Shown: piece after piece, positions 9,811 through 20,625 of the stretch
How the letters are laid out: every line of letters starts with the position of its first letter
How positions within the stretch are numbered: the first letter of the stretch is position 1
From: Victivallales bacterium
GTDB taxonomy: Bacteria; Verrucomicrobiota; Lentisphaeria; Victivallales; UBA1829
Reading direction: 5' to 3'
Length of the DNA: 62,469 bases
Assembly: GCA_045639325.1 (NCBI GenBank)
Contig: JAZUCU010000023.1
Span: 1-62,469, forward strand
The notes under the pieces: model-generated
Seen by the model: only the letters and a program-made list of their open reading frames with translations
Told to the model about the DNA's origin: nothing
The model's database searches: none
Made by a program: the position numbers and the translations under genes

Positions 9811-12612
9811 TCAGGCTATGGTTGTCTTCATACTCAACTGCATGGTCTGATTATCATTGAGTGTCAACATGTAATTGGTGCTGGCATAACCGGAAATCGC
9901 TTCCGAATATACCGCAGTTTCACCACCCAGTGTGACTTTCTTCATGGACTCGAATCCGGTAAAGGTTCCTGCAGCACAATCGAACAAGTTCGTTGCTGTC
10001 TGATCCCATCCGGTCAAATCGATATTCATAGTGTCACCACGGAAATCATTCAGGAAGGAACCGCTTAACTGGGTATCCCAATCCAGATTCCACTGTTCGA
10101 TGTCACGCAGGTGATTGCTTGCCAGAATTTCCAGCTTGCTGCCATTTTCTGCAGTGAAGATATTGAAGCCGCGGATTCCAGTATTGAATTCACCGGTGAA
10201 GTCATCAAAGCAGATCGTTCTGCTGCCACTGATGGTGGACTGGAATGTGCGGGTGTCGCCGTTGATCAGGTAGACGTCAGAACTGCAGCCGCCCCAGACC
10301 AGATTATCGGCATCCATCTTCAGGTTTTTGCCCAATCCGGTGAAGGTCACCTGAACGTTACCATCGATGGCTCCGCTCTGATAAGAACCGGCAACGATGT
10401 AAACGTTATCCTCAAAAATCAATTCGTTTTCAGAGGAATCGACAACAATGTTGATATTGCCTTCAATGGCAGTACGGGTACTGTAATTCGCTGTGGAAAT
10501 ACAGCCACCGTAAATACGGGACTTGAAGGTGCCGCCTGCCAGTGTCATATTGACATCACCAGTCAAAATAGCTTGTCCGTGGATGGATTGAGCGGTGTAT
10601 GCCATGCCACCGACAATCTGCGAATTAAAGGTGCCGCCTTCGATGGTCAGATGCAAATCACCAACATGTTCGCAGTTGCCGTAATTGACACGATCACCGC
10701 CCATTACGACTTTGTTAAACATACCGCTGGTAACGGTCAGATTCGTTTCGTTTTCCTGATCATCCCAGGTCTTATAATTGGTAGAGGATGTCAATGCGCC
10801 GCCGCTGACGGTACAGGAGAATGTTCCGCCTTCGATCCGGGCTTCCACGCCGTCATGACCGAAATTACTCTTGTATGTTCCGCCGGTGGTGACGATCAAG
10901 TCATAACCTGCTGCAACAGCTTCCGCATGGGTCATACCGGAACCGTCGAGTGTCGCACCCTTTTTGATGTTATCAACAACGTATTCCGTCACATCGGAAA
11001 TATTACCGGCTTCGTCCGCTGCACGGAAGTAAATGGTGGCGTTTTCAGTGACTGTAACTGCACCGGTGTAATCCTGCCATTCGCCATCGTTGATCTTATA
11101 TTGTTTGACGGCAGAATCTTTGCTGAATGTGGCAGTGATTAAGACTGCCCCGCTGGTCTTTTCAGTAATGTCTGCGATTGCTGTCGGTTTTTCCGGAGGA
11201 GTCGTATCATTACAAATAATGGAGAGCGTGAGATTACCATTGACCTGATCCAGAGAGTAGGTGACCCCATTATAAACAAAGTCCGCGCCGTTGACCGTGA
11301 TAGAACCATAAGTTGTATTTTCCGTACCGATCGAAATTGTTCCGGTAAAGTAGGATGCACCCTGAGCTAACTTATAAGTTCCGGCTTCCTGATTATCGGA
11401 AACGGTAATAGTATAAGTCGGTGCGCCCTGAATCAGAGAAAGGTTATTAATCAGATATCCATCTTCTTTTGTCCGGTCTGCAACCGTAAAGTCAATAATG
11501 GAATCTTTATACGCAGAAACAACTGCTCCGGATTCGATCTGCAATGTTCCGCGATGTGTTCCGCCGGAGGAGATGATTATGTAGCCGCCAGAATTAACAG
11601 TGGTGCTGTTGGCCGTCCCGCCAGCGTAAATACTCATGGCGCCGTAGAAATTAACGATTGTGTTGTTTGCTGTACCATCGGAAGAAATGTATATTTTACC
11701 CCAGGAATCAACGGTTGCGCTGTTCGCCGTCCCGCCGGCGTAAATACTCATGACTCCGTAGGAAGTAGCAGTGGTGTTGGTAGCCGTTCCTCCGGACATT
11801 ACATACATGCGACTATATGTAACAATCTTATCTGTCATTGCAAGACTGTTTGACAAAAGATTGTTGTCTGAAAAATATACTCCTCTATAATCACTGACAT
11901 AAGTTACATATGCACCCTCTGCGACTTCAACATGTCCTACGCCAGGAGTCCAGATAACATTTGTAGCTGTCCCACCGGAGGAGATGTTCATGTAGCCGCC
12001 AGAATTAACGGTGGTGCTATTGGCAATCCCGCCGGAATAAATACTCATACCTCCCGAATTAACAATTGTGCTGTTTGCTGTTCCGCCGGAAAAAATGTCC
12101 AGGTGCCCATTGTTGAGGATAGTGTTATTAACCATTCCACCGAAGACATTTATGCCACCATAAGAATTAATAGTTGTGTTGTTTGCCATCCCGCCTGAGG
12201 AGATCTCAATGCCCCCGCCATTGTTGATAGTTGTACTGTTAGCCGTTCCACCGGAGAAGATTTTCATGGAACCAATGGAATTAAGGATAGTACCATTAGC
12301 CATCCCTCCGGAGTAAATGTACATAGAGCACCAGGCATTAACTGTTGTGTCGTTAGCTGTTCCGCCGGAGGATATGTACACAGAGCCCCGCCCATTGATG
12401 GTAGTGTTGTTCGCTATTCCACCGTTGTAAATGTACGTGCCCCCACTGAAATTGATGGTGGTGTTGTTCGCGGTTCCGCCAGAGGATATGCGCATATATC
12501 CATTGAAATCTACAGTCGTACTATTCGCCACGCCACCGTTTCGAACATACAAAGTATTGCTTTTCACTTCAAGATTGCTGCTGACAATGTTATTTTCTAC
12601 ATAAATAGCCAT
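9811..12612 (-). CDS. Giant beta-helix repeat protein (autotransporter-associated / Pmp-like 'SGGTANxTTIN' repeats) with a C-terminal Ig-like region; no N-terminal signal peptide
   Basis: About 25 tandem ~19-aa repeats (ISSGGTANNTTINSYGG...). Good RBS (AAAGGA) before the ATG. The antisense ORFs inside it (10111-11142, 11554-11853, 11932-12198) are repeat artefacts. Confidence 0.6.
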   Translation of the reverse strand: MAIYVENNIVSSNLEVKSNTLYVRNGGVANSTTVDFNGYMRISSGGTANNTTINFSGGTYIYNGGIANNTTINGRGSVYISSGGTANDTTVNAWCSMYIYSGGMANGTILNSIGSMKIFSGGTANSTTINNGGGIEISSGGMANNTTINSYGGINVFGGMVNNTILNNGHLDIFSGGTANSTIVNSGGMSIYSGGIANSTTVNSGGYMNISSGGTATNVIWTPGVGHVEVAEGAYVTYVSDYRGVYFSDNNLLSNSLAMTDKIVTYSRMYVMSGGTATNTTATSYGVMSIYAGGTANSATVDSWGKIYISSDGTANNTIVNFYGAMSIYAGGTANSTTVNSGGYIIISSGGTHRGTLQIESGAVVSAYKDSIIDFTVADRTKEDGYLINNLSLIQGAPTYTITVSDNQEAGTYKLAQGASYFTGTISIGTENTTYGSITVNGADFVYNGVTYSLDQVNGNLTLSIICNDTTPPEKPTAIADITEKTSGAVLITATFSKDSAVKQYKINDGEWQDYTGAVTVTENATIYFRAADEAGNISDVTEYVVDNIKKGATLDGSGMTHAEAVAAGYDLIVTTGGTYKSNFGHDGVEARIEGGTFSCTVSGGALTSSTNYKTWDDQENETNLTVTSGMFNKVVMGGDRVNYGNCEHVGDLHLTIEGGTFNSQIVGGMAYTAQSIHGQAILTGDVNMTLAGGTFKSRIYGGCISTANYSTRTAIEGNINIVVDSSENELIFEDNVYIVAGSYQSGAIDGNVQVTFTGLGKNLKMDADNLVWGGCSSDVYLINGDTRTFQSTISGSRTICFDDFTGEFNTGIRGFNIFTAENGSKLEILASNHLRDIEQWNLDWDTQLSGSFLNDFRGDTMNIDLTGWDQTATNLFDCAAGTFTGFESMKKVTLGGETAVYSEAISGYASTNYMLTLNDNQTMQLSMKTTIA

Positions 12613-12866
12613 TTTTTATCCTTTCCCTGTTGAACATGAATAATGTCTCGTAACATGTAGTTTTATAATTATATTTTACAAAAACATGTAATATCTTACA
12701 GAAAAAATTTAAAAATTCCTAATTTTTCTTAAAATTATAAGATTCCACATATTCAGGCCCACAAAAATGGCAAAGAGCACAGAGTTTATCTACCATTTTT
12801 GTCGTAATATCTGAAACGTTATTTCTGCATGGTAATCCATGTCATCGGAATTCCTGACCGACACCC

Positions 12867-12918
12867 GCGCCGGTTCCGGAAATCCGATATGGTGTGATAC
12901 AGATCACCTTATTTCTTC
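12867..12918. repeat. Right copy of the ~55-bp direct repeat (left copy at 9668-9724)
   Basis: Read directly. Overlaps the 3' end of the phosphatase gene. Confidence 0.65.
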
Positions 12919-14606
12919 AACTCCAACGTATCGTGTACCGTGCCATCCATATTCAACGCACGCATCACGATCTTGCCCGGTTTCACATCAAAATGAAGTG
13001 CAATGCCCGGACGCCGTTCCGTTCTCGCCGCGCCGCCGCTGACAACCACCACCGGGAACTGCCATTGCGGATCTGATTCAACCCGTTTATAGACATGGGT
13101 ATGACCCGCAACCCAGAGATCAAGCGGATATTTCCCATTTTTGAAAACATCACGCACCATCTTCTGTGTCCGGGGCAGCATGTGATTGAATCCATCGCGT
13201 TGACCATGCGGTGCCACGTGGGCAAAGACAATACGGAAATCCGCCGTCTGGAATTCAGGCGTTTTGACCGCTTCTTTCAGCCAGGCAGTCTGTTCTTCCA
13301 GCAGAGTATCAAGCTCATTCAGATAGGTATAATCTTTATAACAATTGGGATCATTTTTGGAAAGATGATGTCCCGTATCAAACACAATGTAACACACTTT
13401 CCCCATACGGAGCATCCCGTAACTTTTCTTGTTCTTGTACGCAAAATGATCCAGCCATTGCTGAGCTTCCGCACCCTCAAATTCATGATTACCACGGGCA
13501 TAAACAATGTACATATTGCTGGGAATCGCTTTCAGAATGCTGTCAAAAATGTCACTGCGGAAATGATTGATCACCCCGTGCATGTCACCCACATGCGCAA
13601 AGAAACTGCATTTTGCCAACTCCGGAAATGCTTTCTGAATGTTCTGCGTGCGAGCAAGATTTTTCTGCTTCGTCGAATCCTGTGTGTCGCCCATCAGGAA
13701 AAAGCTGTAACTCTGACTCTTTCCTGACCAGGTCCGGAATGTATGGGTTTCTTCCACCGCAAATTCCTTGAAAAACGGCGGTAAACGGCGCAAAGCACGG
13801 TATTCATACTCCGTATCCGGCTTCAATCCGGTCAGATGAAAACGAAGGATCGGCGTTTCGTCACAAATCTGACCGCCGCGCAGAATCTGTACTTTTTTCC
13901 AGACTTTGGCTCCGACGGCACGATATTCCAATTCAAGCGGTTGTCTTCCGTTAAGCAGATAAGTGATTGTGACAGAATCCGGTGCCGGATTGGTCAGGTA
14001 AGGACCGAATGCGATCCCCGGCTCCGGCAGACGGCGCGGCGGAATATCCGGATCGCTGCATGCGGCATAAAAATCGATAGCTGCCTGCCAGGATCCTGCC
14101 CCAGGCTTGACATAGAAACTCAAGTCATTACGCCCCGCTCTCAACTTCACTGCAAAAGTCCGGTCTGTGGCGGACGGCGGCCAATTGTCATTACCGCCCA
14201 CATCGGTCCCGCCGAAATAAGTTCCATTACAGAAGCCATCGATCCACCAGTCTGCCGCTACACCGATATAAATCGTTTTCGGTTTTTCAGCGGTAATGAC
14301 ACCGGCAAGAATTGCCCGGTTATTACGATCGTATTTTTTTTCCAATGCAAGATTCAGAGACGGAGCCGTTTTCAAGGTAACGGCTTTCACTTTTGATTTG
14401 CCGTTGAATGGAATCAGGTAATCATCTTCATACCGTGCAGCGGCGGCATCTTCTGCTGTAAATTTATCGGAACGGAATAATTTCCATTCGACAGGCAGGA
14501 CGACCCCTTTAATCGGTTTCTGTTCATTTTTCATAGCAGCTCCATTGAGATTGGCAACGACACACCCTGCCGCAAGGGCAGCCGTCAAACATCTTTTCAT
14601 CTTCAT
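12909..14606 (-). CDS. Secreted purple-acid-phosphatase-like metallophosphoesterase
   Basis: Signal peptide. Motifs GDMHG, GNHEF and AGHTHVY (calcineurin-like), with an N-terminal PAP-type beta domain. Confidence 0.7.
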   Translation of the reverse strand: MKMKRCLTAALAAGCVVANLNGAAMKNEQKPIKGVVLPVEWKLFRSDKFTAEDAAAARYEDDYLIPFNGKSKVKAVTLKTAPSLNLALEKKYDRNNRAILAGVITAEKPKTIYIGVAADWWIDGFCNGTYFGGTDVGGNDNWPPSATDRTFAVKLRAGRNDLSFYVKPGAGSWQAAIDFYAACSDPDIPPRRLPEPGIAFGPYLTNPAPDSVTITYLLNGRQPLELEYRAVGAKVWKKVQILRGGQICDETPILRFHLTGLKPDTEYEYRALRRLPPFFKEFAVEETHTFRTWSGKSQSYSFFLMGDTQDSTKQKNLARTQNIQKAFPELAKCSFFAHVGDMHGVINHFRSDIFDSILKAIPSNMYIVYARGNHEFEGAEAQQWLDHFAYKNKKSYGMLRMGKVCYIVFDTGHHLSKNDPNCYKDYTYLNELDTLLEEQTAWLKEAVKTPEFQTADFRIVFAHVAPHGQRDGFNHMLPRTQKMVRDVFKNGKYPLDLWVAGHTHVYKRVESDPQWQFPVVVVSGGAARTERRPGIALHFDVKPGKIVMRALNMDGTVHDTLELKK

Positions 14607-14721
14607 ATTTTCTCTCGGCTTCTGTTTTTTAACCTATATGGAGATACTATAAAGCATAACTTGCTTTTTTCAAACAGAATTTTGAAAAAACAAGGATTTC
14701 CCCCTCCCGGATAATGATGGA

Positions 14722-17700
14722 TCACTTGATTGCGATCAACACAAATCCTTCGCCCGGAACTGTGAGTGTATTCCGATCCAATTCCTTGTCTGTCAACGGA
14801 TCATACCATTTTGCCTGCGGGCTGACCCCCAGCTTTTTCCAGTCGATCTGTAAATCAACCTTCGCCGCATTCTTATTCCAGTTGCCAACGGTCAGCAAGA
14901 CGGAATAAGGCATCGGCGTTTTCCAGGAATAACGGGAGGCATAGACTCCGCGCACCTTGGATTTCACCGCCTGATCCATCCAGTAACCGGTGAACTTTGC
15001 CTGATTGAAATGCAATTTCCGGCGGACATCCCAGAACGGGAAGAGTGTTGTTTTTTCATTGCCGGAATGATATCCCATCAGATTCAGGTCATGCAGATAA
15101 AGAACGGTTGCAAGACGCTCAAAATTCTTCTGACCGATGAAACGTTCTTTCTGCTTTTTGAGTTCCGGTGAACTGCCCATCACACGCGCATTCTGTGCAA
15201 TCATCATAATGCCCACCCCGCGGATTTCCGGATTCAGCGCAGACTGATATTCTTCCTTGGAAATTCCATGGAGATAATGCCCTTCCGGATTCCGCAGAAC
15301 CGGGAAATACTGTTCTTCCCCCGGAACCCACAAATCCGCAAAGTCATGTACAAAAGGATAATAGGCATTGTGCGCATGGAGCCACAACGCACGGTTGTAT
15401 TTTCTTGTCAACTTGTAAATGCGCAGGAAATATTCACGGAGCGCCAACGCCGTGGAAGAACGGAATTTTTTCCCGAATGCATCAAGTCCGCTGCAACCGT
15501 GAAGTTCATTGTTGCAACTCAATACATGGCAGATATCAAAATAAATCCCGCCGACTTCCGGATAATCCCGGAACAATTTATCTGCCCGGTATGCCTGCAA
15601 ATCTCCACCCTGCGTCTTTCCGCAACAGGGTTCCACATAATATCGTTCATTGGTGAATTCATCTTTCGCACCCCATTTCACACCCGGTGTAACTGCCCAT
15701 TCCGGATAGAAATAATCGTATTCCGGAGAAAGACGTCCGATATGTGCCGGCATGGAATAAACCAGGTCCATCACGCCTTTCTTCTTCCATCTCTGGAAAT
15801 GTTTACCGAAATCCGCCGGATGCGCCGGGAGCAATGTGGTATAATGCAGAATGTTGGAGGCATCTTTGATACCCGCCGATCCATTCCAGCCGCTGATACC
15901 GCAATCGACAGCCCCTGACCGCCAGGCATGATACTGCCATTCGCGGTAATTCATAGCCAATTTACGCGGCGGTGTTGCCTGGAATACCATGGTGTAAGAC
16001 GCAGGCTTCTTCAAGACCGCTTTATCCTGAATCATCTCAATCCGCACAAAAGCTTTGCCGCCTTCCTTACGCAGGTAAATCTGTGCCCGGTTCGGGTCGG
16101 TCACCCAGTTGGCATCGGATTGACACCACCATGCCAGACCGCGTTTCTGACCCGTCAGCCAAAGCAGGGATGCCCGTTCATCAACCGTCCACTTCAGAGA
16201 TGCACGCCCATTCTTCCACGGAACATAGTACGGATTCAGAATATAGTTGGATGCATCCGCAGGCATCGACCAGGTCAGATTCAAGGATTCGATATCAACT
16301 CCGGTTTTCGGCGGAGTCATTGTCAAATCCCAGCGGTACATACCATCAAACCACACTTCGCCGCGACAGGTGAAGTGAATGGCATCCCATTTGCCCGATG
16401 TGGTGAATTCTGCACGGTCACCATAATTTTTACCCGGCTTGACTGCATCCCAAATCACCGCTTTGCCATTGAGCAGAAGGGCAGGCGGAGCTGACAACAC
16501 CGTTTTGCCGTCAACCGTCATATTCACAGGCATCGGACCTTTATCGAAGGTATAAGTCCGGTTGCCGGCAATGTAACTCTTACCTTTCACAACTACTTTC
16601 TGCCAGGGAACGGGAACGGAATCATCAATGCCGACTCTTGTTTTGAATGGTGTCATATCCGGCATACGGAAATTCATTTTCCGGTTGAAATCACCCAGCG
16701 TACCTTCCAGTGAATACGTCGTATTTTCTTTCAATCCGACAGGCAGGGGGAAAGTGATCTGCTGTGTTTCACCGGTCATACGGAACGCTTTTTCTGCAAG
16801 AACTTTACCCTGCGGATCAAGCAGACGCACCTTGCCATCTTTCGCACCGGATGCTTTATTGACGGCGAAATCAACCAGCAGCAGATTTTTCGATGCCCGG
16901 GCGGAATAAGTCATGTTGAACGGTTCCTGCACCTGTACAAAATTCTCTGCACGATAGATTTCTCTGCCGACCGCATTACATACCGTATAACGGATGATAT
17001 TTCTGCAGGAAGGCAAGGTAACTTTCCATGTATTTTTCAGAAGGTCCCCACTGTTTTTTCCTGCCGCTCCGGTTTCCGCAAGCCATTCACCTTTGCCGCG
17101 CAAATTTTTACCACCCTGCAATTTGAGTTCCAGTGACGCCTGAGTCGGTGTTCCGTAACTGAGGAAACGCACCGCTTCGCTTGCACTGCCGAAAATCAAC
17201 TCGCCGAAAAATTCTTCGGAAATATATCCTTTGAGATAACCGTAAACATAATTCCAGGTGTTGTAATTGGTACGGTCTTTCCAGTTGGTGTAACCGAAAT
17301 TCCCTTTGATTGCCGTATCTTTTTCAATCTTGCCGCCCAATGCTGCCAGCGGAAGTGCCACTTCCACACACCAGCTGTCTTTGGTATAACTTCCCGATGC
17401 CGTCGCGCCGGAATCCCAGGCGGCTTTCCCTGCCAGTGAATCATAAACCGCACCATTGGCATTGAAAATAAACTGACGTTTCTTGCCATCCGTGCCGGTT
17501 ACATGAAATTCCACACTGTCATCATCCCACAATTCGCCGTCTTTTTTCGTGACTTTATGGCGATATGCCGGTGCATCCGCCTGGAATGCCAGATAAAGGT
17601 GGGTCTTGCTGTACTGAAGCATTGCCTTTGCCGTCGCAACGTGATGACACTGGGATGTATTCAGGTGATTCACAATGGGAAGAACAGTTGCCTTGCCCCA

Positions 17701-18534
17701 TTCCTCTTTATCCAGTTTGCCGTCAATCTTGACAGCCTTTGCAGAATAAGGAATCGTGGCTTTGCCCGGTTTGATGTTGATTTCAAAATTACGCGGGAAA
17801 TATTTATCATATTCCTTCCCGATTTCGTCTGCGGTAAGACAACGGTCATAAATTTTCAAATCATCATACGCCGTCACCCAGGCAGGATTGTGCCGCCAGC
17901 CAACTTGACTGTTCAAGGTGATCAATGTGCCCTTGACCGTCTTCGGCAGAACCATATCGGCAGGAAGTTTCTTGGTCTGATTGATGGACACCAGTTTCGC
18001 ATCCACATAAAGTTTCATTTCTTTTTCATTCCAGACAGCATCCACTTTGTGCCAGGTGTCTTTTTTCCAGTCAGCAGCGGCTACAACGGTACAGGAATGA
18101 CTGCCGGACTGCAGGTAGAAGACAATTGCATTTTTACGGTCGCGATACTTGTAAATGACCATCCGGTACTTGGAAGGCGCAGAACTCACTTCAAAAAAGG
18201 AATGGAAATATTTTGTATCGGAAAGATCCCAGTTCTGCAAGTTGATCCACAGAGAAACACTGCCCCGGTCCGGTCGGAAATTTTTCGCCAGAGAATACGT
18301 AACCCGTTCTTTGTTATTCATGCAGACAGAATTGCCGTCGCCCTTGATATTGGGGAACATACGGAGCTGAAGATCTTTTGCGATCCCGCCGACTCCGATC
18401 GTTTTCGAGGCATGAATATCCGGTGTGGTATTGTATTTATCAAAATTGCTGTACAGAAGCAAGCCCGGTTCTGCGGCAGAAAGAACACTTGTGATTCCCG
18501 CAGCACAAAGAATGGTAAGAGATTTATGGAACAT
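14722..18534 (-). CDS. Very large secreted protein with LamG/concanavalin-like and glycoside-hydrolase-like (DUF4091-like) regions
   Basis: 1270 aa with a signal peptide. 12 bp downstream of a prepilin-like gene. Domain assignment is from motif impression only. Confidence 0.35.
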   Translation of the reverse strand: MFHKSLTILCAAGITSVLSAAEPGLLLYSNFDKYNTTPDIHASKTIGVGGIAKDLQLRMFPNIKGDGNSVCMNNKERVTYSLAKNFRPDRGSVSLWINLQNWDLSDTKYFHSFFEVSSAPSKYRMVIYKYRDRKNAIVFYLQSGSHSCTVVAAADWKKDTWHKVDAVWNEKEMKLYVDAKLVSINQTKKLPADMVLPKTVKGTLITLNSQVGWRHNPAWVTAYDDLKIYDRCLTADEIGKEYDKYFPRNFEINIKPGKATIPYSAKAVKIDGKLDKEEWGKATVLPIVNHLNTSQCHHVATAKAMLQYSKTHLYLAFQADAPAYRHKVTKKDGELWDDDSVEFHVTGTDGKKRQFIFNANGAVYDSLAGKAAWDSGATASGSYTKDSWCVEVALPLAALGGKIEKDTAIKGNFGYTNWKDRTNYNTWNYVYGYLKGYISEEFFGELIFGSASEAVRFLSYGTPTQASLELKLQGGKNLRGKGEWLAETGAAGKNSGDLLKNTWKVTLPSCRNIIRYTVCNAVGREIYRAENFVQVQEPFNMTYSARASKNLLLVDFAVNKASGAKDGKVRLLDPQGKVLAEKAFRMTGETQQITFPLPVGLKENTTYSLEGTLGDFNRKMNFRMPDMTPFKTRVGIDDSVPVPWQKVVVKGKSYIAGNRTYTFDKGPMPVNMTVDGKTVLSAPPALLLNGKAVIWDAVKPGKNYGDRAEFTTSGKWDAIHFTCRGEVWFDGMYRWDLTMTPPKTGVDIESLNLTWSMPADASNYILNPYYVPWKNGRASLKWTVDERASLLWLTGQKRGLAWWCQSDANWVTDPNRAQIYLRKEGGKAFVRIEMIQDKAVLKKPASYTMVFQATPPRKLAMNYREWQYHAWRSGAVDCGISGWNGSAGIKDASNILHYTTLLPAHPADFGKHFQRWKKKGVMDLVYSMPAHIGRLSPEYDYFYPEWAVTPGVKWGAKDEFTNERYYVEPCCGKTQGGDLQAYRADKLFRDYPEVGGIYFDICHVLSCNNELHGCSGLDAFGKKFRSSTALALREYFLRIYKLTRKYNRALWLHAHNAYYPFVHDFADLWVPGEEQYFPVLRNPEGHYLHGISKEEYQSALNPEIRGVGIMMIAQNARVMGSSPELKKQKERFIGQKNFERLATVLYLHDLNLMGYHSGNEKTTLFPFWDVRRKLHFNQAKFTGYWMDQAVKSKVRGVYASRYSWKTPMPYSVLLTVGNWNKNAAKVDLQIDWKKLGVSPQAKWYDPLTDKELDRNTLTVPGEGFVLIAIK

Positions 18535-18546
18535 AAAATAAACTCC

Positions 18547-19317
18547 TTACTGTTTTAACGGTTCAAAGTCCGGACGTCCCAATGCCCATACATTGTTGCA
18601 GGGCGCGGCGTGTCCATCCACATAAAGCAAATTGGATTTACCCTTGAAGAATCGTTTGTCATTCACTGATGTACCATAATGATGTCCCGGCGCACTGTGC
18701 GGGTTGGCAAGAAAGTAGAAATTGCCCCAGGATTCCATGATAACATAATATCCGCTGGGCTGACCGGGTCTTGCACTTGCTGAATCCCCATTCATAACAA
18801 GGGCGGAAGGTCTTTTGATCTGAGATGTTTTGCGCCATTTTTCCATACTGGCTCCGTTATGAGATGCACCACCCAGTTCATTGCCGTTATAACCATAATT
18901 GTAATATACGGAAAAATCGTCCACGATCATGGTCTTTTCCGTATGTTTCTTCCCGGCGGCAGTGGAATTTTCCTGATCGTAAGGAAAGGTACAGAATTTA
19001 CGGGCAGTCGGGCACACAAAGGTTTCCGGTGAAATCTTATAATATTTGTACAGAATCTGAAGCCAGTTGTTTTTGAACGCTTTTATGGAATTGTAAGTCC
19101 CCAGATGAGATGTATCAGATGTAGGAATAAAGTACCCGCCGAAATCCATTGTATACGTTGTAATCCCCAAACCAATCTGTTTTTCATTGCTCAGACAGTT
19201 GTTGCTTCTGCCCGATTCCTGCGCTTTGCTCAATGCCGGAAGAAGCATTGCCGCCAGAATGGCGATGATTGAGATGACGACCAACAGTTCAATCAATGTG
19301 AATTTACTGTGTTTCAT
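18547..19317 (-). CDS. Prepilin-type N-terminal cleavage/methylation domain protein (DUF1559-like)
   Basis: [29 protein letters not shown] ... [10 protein letters not shown]. Confidence 0.7.
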   Translation of the reverse strand: MKHSKFTLIELLVVISIIAILAAMLLPALSKAQESGRSNNCLSNEKQIGLGITTYTMDFGGYFIPTSDTSHLGTYNSIKAFKNNWLQILYKYYKISPETFVCPTARKFCTFPYDQENSTAAGKKHTEKTMIVDDFSVYYNYGYNGNELGGASHNGASMEKWRKTSQIKRPSALVMNGDSASARPGQPSGYYVIMESWGNFYFLANPHSAPGHHYGTSVNDKRFFKGKSNLLYVDGHAAPCNNVWALGRPDFEPLKQ

Positions 19318-19359
19318 GGGTGTACTCCTGTTTTAGTTTATTTGTTATATTTTATACTT

Positions 19360-20457
19360 TCAATCCAATTTACGACAGCTGCCGCGTTCGTTGATTTTCA
19401 AATCATACTGGTAAAATCCGGAACGGATCAAACCGCCCGTCAGTTCCGCATCATTGAACAAGGATAGCGCTTTCTGTACGAAACACTCCAGCGCCTGTTC
19501 CACCGTTGTCATACGCGGAAACAAATCCGGCGCACAGTCAATACTGATCAGCGATATATCTTCCGGTATCTTCAAGCCCGCTTCCAACGCCCCGAGCCAG
19601 GCTCCCGATGCAAAAGACATACCCGGCAGAATCACTGCGGTCGGGCGTTTTTCCAACGGCATCGCGGCGATCTGATGCATGCTTTGACGCGCCCAGTCAT
19701 GCCATACGATCTCTTTTCCGCCGATAAAACAAATCCCTTCCGGCAGATGACACGCAACAAAACCGCTGTTACGTTCTTTCAACCCGCAGTCATTCGCCAA
19801 CCCCGGATAATCCTGGCTGATATACGCGATCCGGCGGTGGCCAAGCTCAGTCAGATACGCAACCGCATTCTGAATCCCTTCCGGCTTGGACCCTACATAA
19901 CAACGGTTCTGGGTTTGAAGCTGATCACTCCACACGTTCAGACAACACACCGGAATATGTTTCAATTCCGCAGAGTTGAGTATCTCGATCACGTGACTGT
20001 CCATTGTCGTCGCAAGCAAAGCGGAACATTGATTCTGATGCAGTTTCTCCAGTACCTCATCCTTATCAAGCGCCGAAGACATCACCATCAGATTCCCTTT
20101 CCCCGCACTCAATTGACGGGTACATTCGGAAAAAATACGCAAGTCATAATAACTGGAAAATCCCCCGGTGGATCCGGCTAGATACCCCACTTTCAACACC
20201 GCATCATGGGAATAAGTTACATACGTCCCTCTGCCATGCTGCTGAACAATCAGATTCTGTTCCTTGAGGATCTGCAAACTTTTGCGCACGGTCAGATGAT
20301 TCACCCCGAATGAGGCAGCAAGTCGGGATTCTGCGGGCAGATTGGTGCCGCACGGAAATTCCTTATTCAGAATCCGTTCTTTCAAATTCTCTGCAATCTG
20401 CAGATACAAAGGCACACTCTGCCTTCTCCGGATATGGCGTTTCTCTGACGCTGTCAT
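19360..20457 (-). CDS. AraR-type regulator (GntR-family HTH plus LacI/PBP1-like sugar-binding domain)
   Basis: N-terminal GntR HTH (LPAESRLAASFGVNHLTVRKSLQIL) and a C-terminal periplasmic-binding-protein-like fold. Length 365 aa, close to B. subtilis AraR. Confidence 0.55.
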   Translation of the reverse strand: MTASEKRHIRRRQSVPLYLQIAENLKERILNKEFPCGTNLPAESRLAASFGVNHLTVRKSLQILKEQNLIVQQHGRGTYVTYSHDAVLKVGYLAGSTGGFSSYYDLRIFSECTRQLSAGKGNLMVMSSALDKDEVLEKLHQNQCSALLATTMDSHVIEILNSAELKHIPVCCLNVWSDQLQTQNRCYVGSKPEGIQNAVAYLTELGHRRIAYISQDYPGLANDCGLKERNSGFVACHLPEGICFIGGKEIVWHDWARQSMHQIAAMPLEKRPTAVILPGMSFASGAWLGALEAGLKIPEDISLISIDCAPDLFPRMTTVEQALECFVQKALSLFNDAELTGGLIRSGFYQYDLKINERGSCRKLD

Positions 20458-20586
20458 TCTGTTTGACTCCTATATTCTCCTATACTATATATCGCGAAAA
20501 TTAAAAAGTCAAACTGGACATATAGATTTTTTCATTTTTTTATGTTTTTACTCTTGACAATTCATTTTGCACATGTTATATTAGTT

Positions 20587-20602
20587 ATTAACGCGAGTTA
20601 AT
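20587..20602. promoter_or_regulatory. Candidate operator: 16-bp palindrome ATTAAC-gcga-GTTAAT between divergent regulators
   Basis: Perfect 6-bp inverted arms 24 bp upstream of the LacI-family start codon. Confidence 0.35.
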
Positions 20603-20625
20603 GATTACAGAAACAGGATCCGAAT

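Noticed and set aside
9468-9860. 130-aa ORF spanning the intergenic repeats
   Set aside because: It runs through the degenerate repeat, the direct repeat and the terminator hairpin of the neighbouring gene. It has no RBS or domain.
10111-11142. 343-aa ORF antisense to the beta-helix repeat gene
   Set aside because: It is generated by the periodic GGxxA repeat codons of the real minus-strand gene. It has low complexity and no start context.
9811-12612. Calling the repeat protein a classical autotransporter
   Set aside because: No signal peptide and no recognisable C-terminal beta-barrel. Only the passenger-type repeats are evident, so it was kept as a 'beta-helix repeat protein'.
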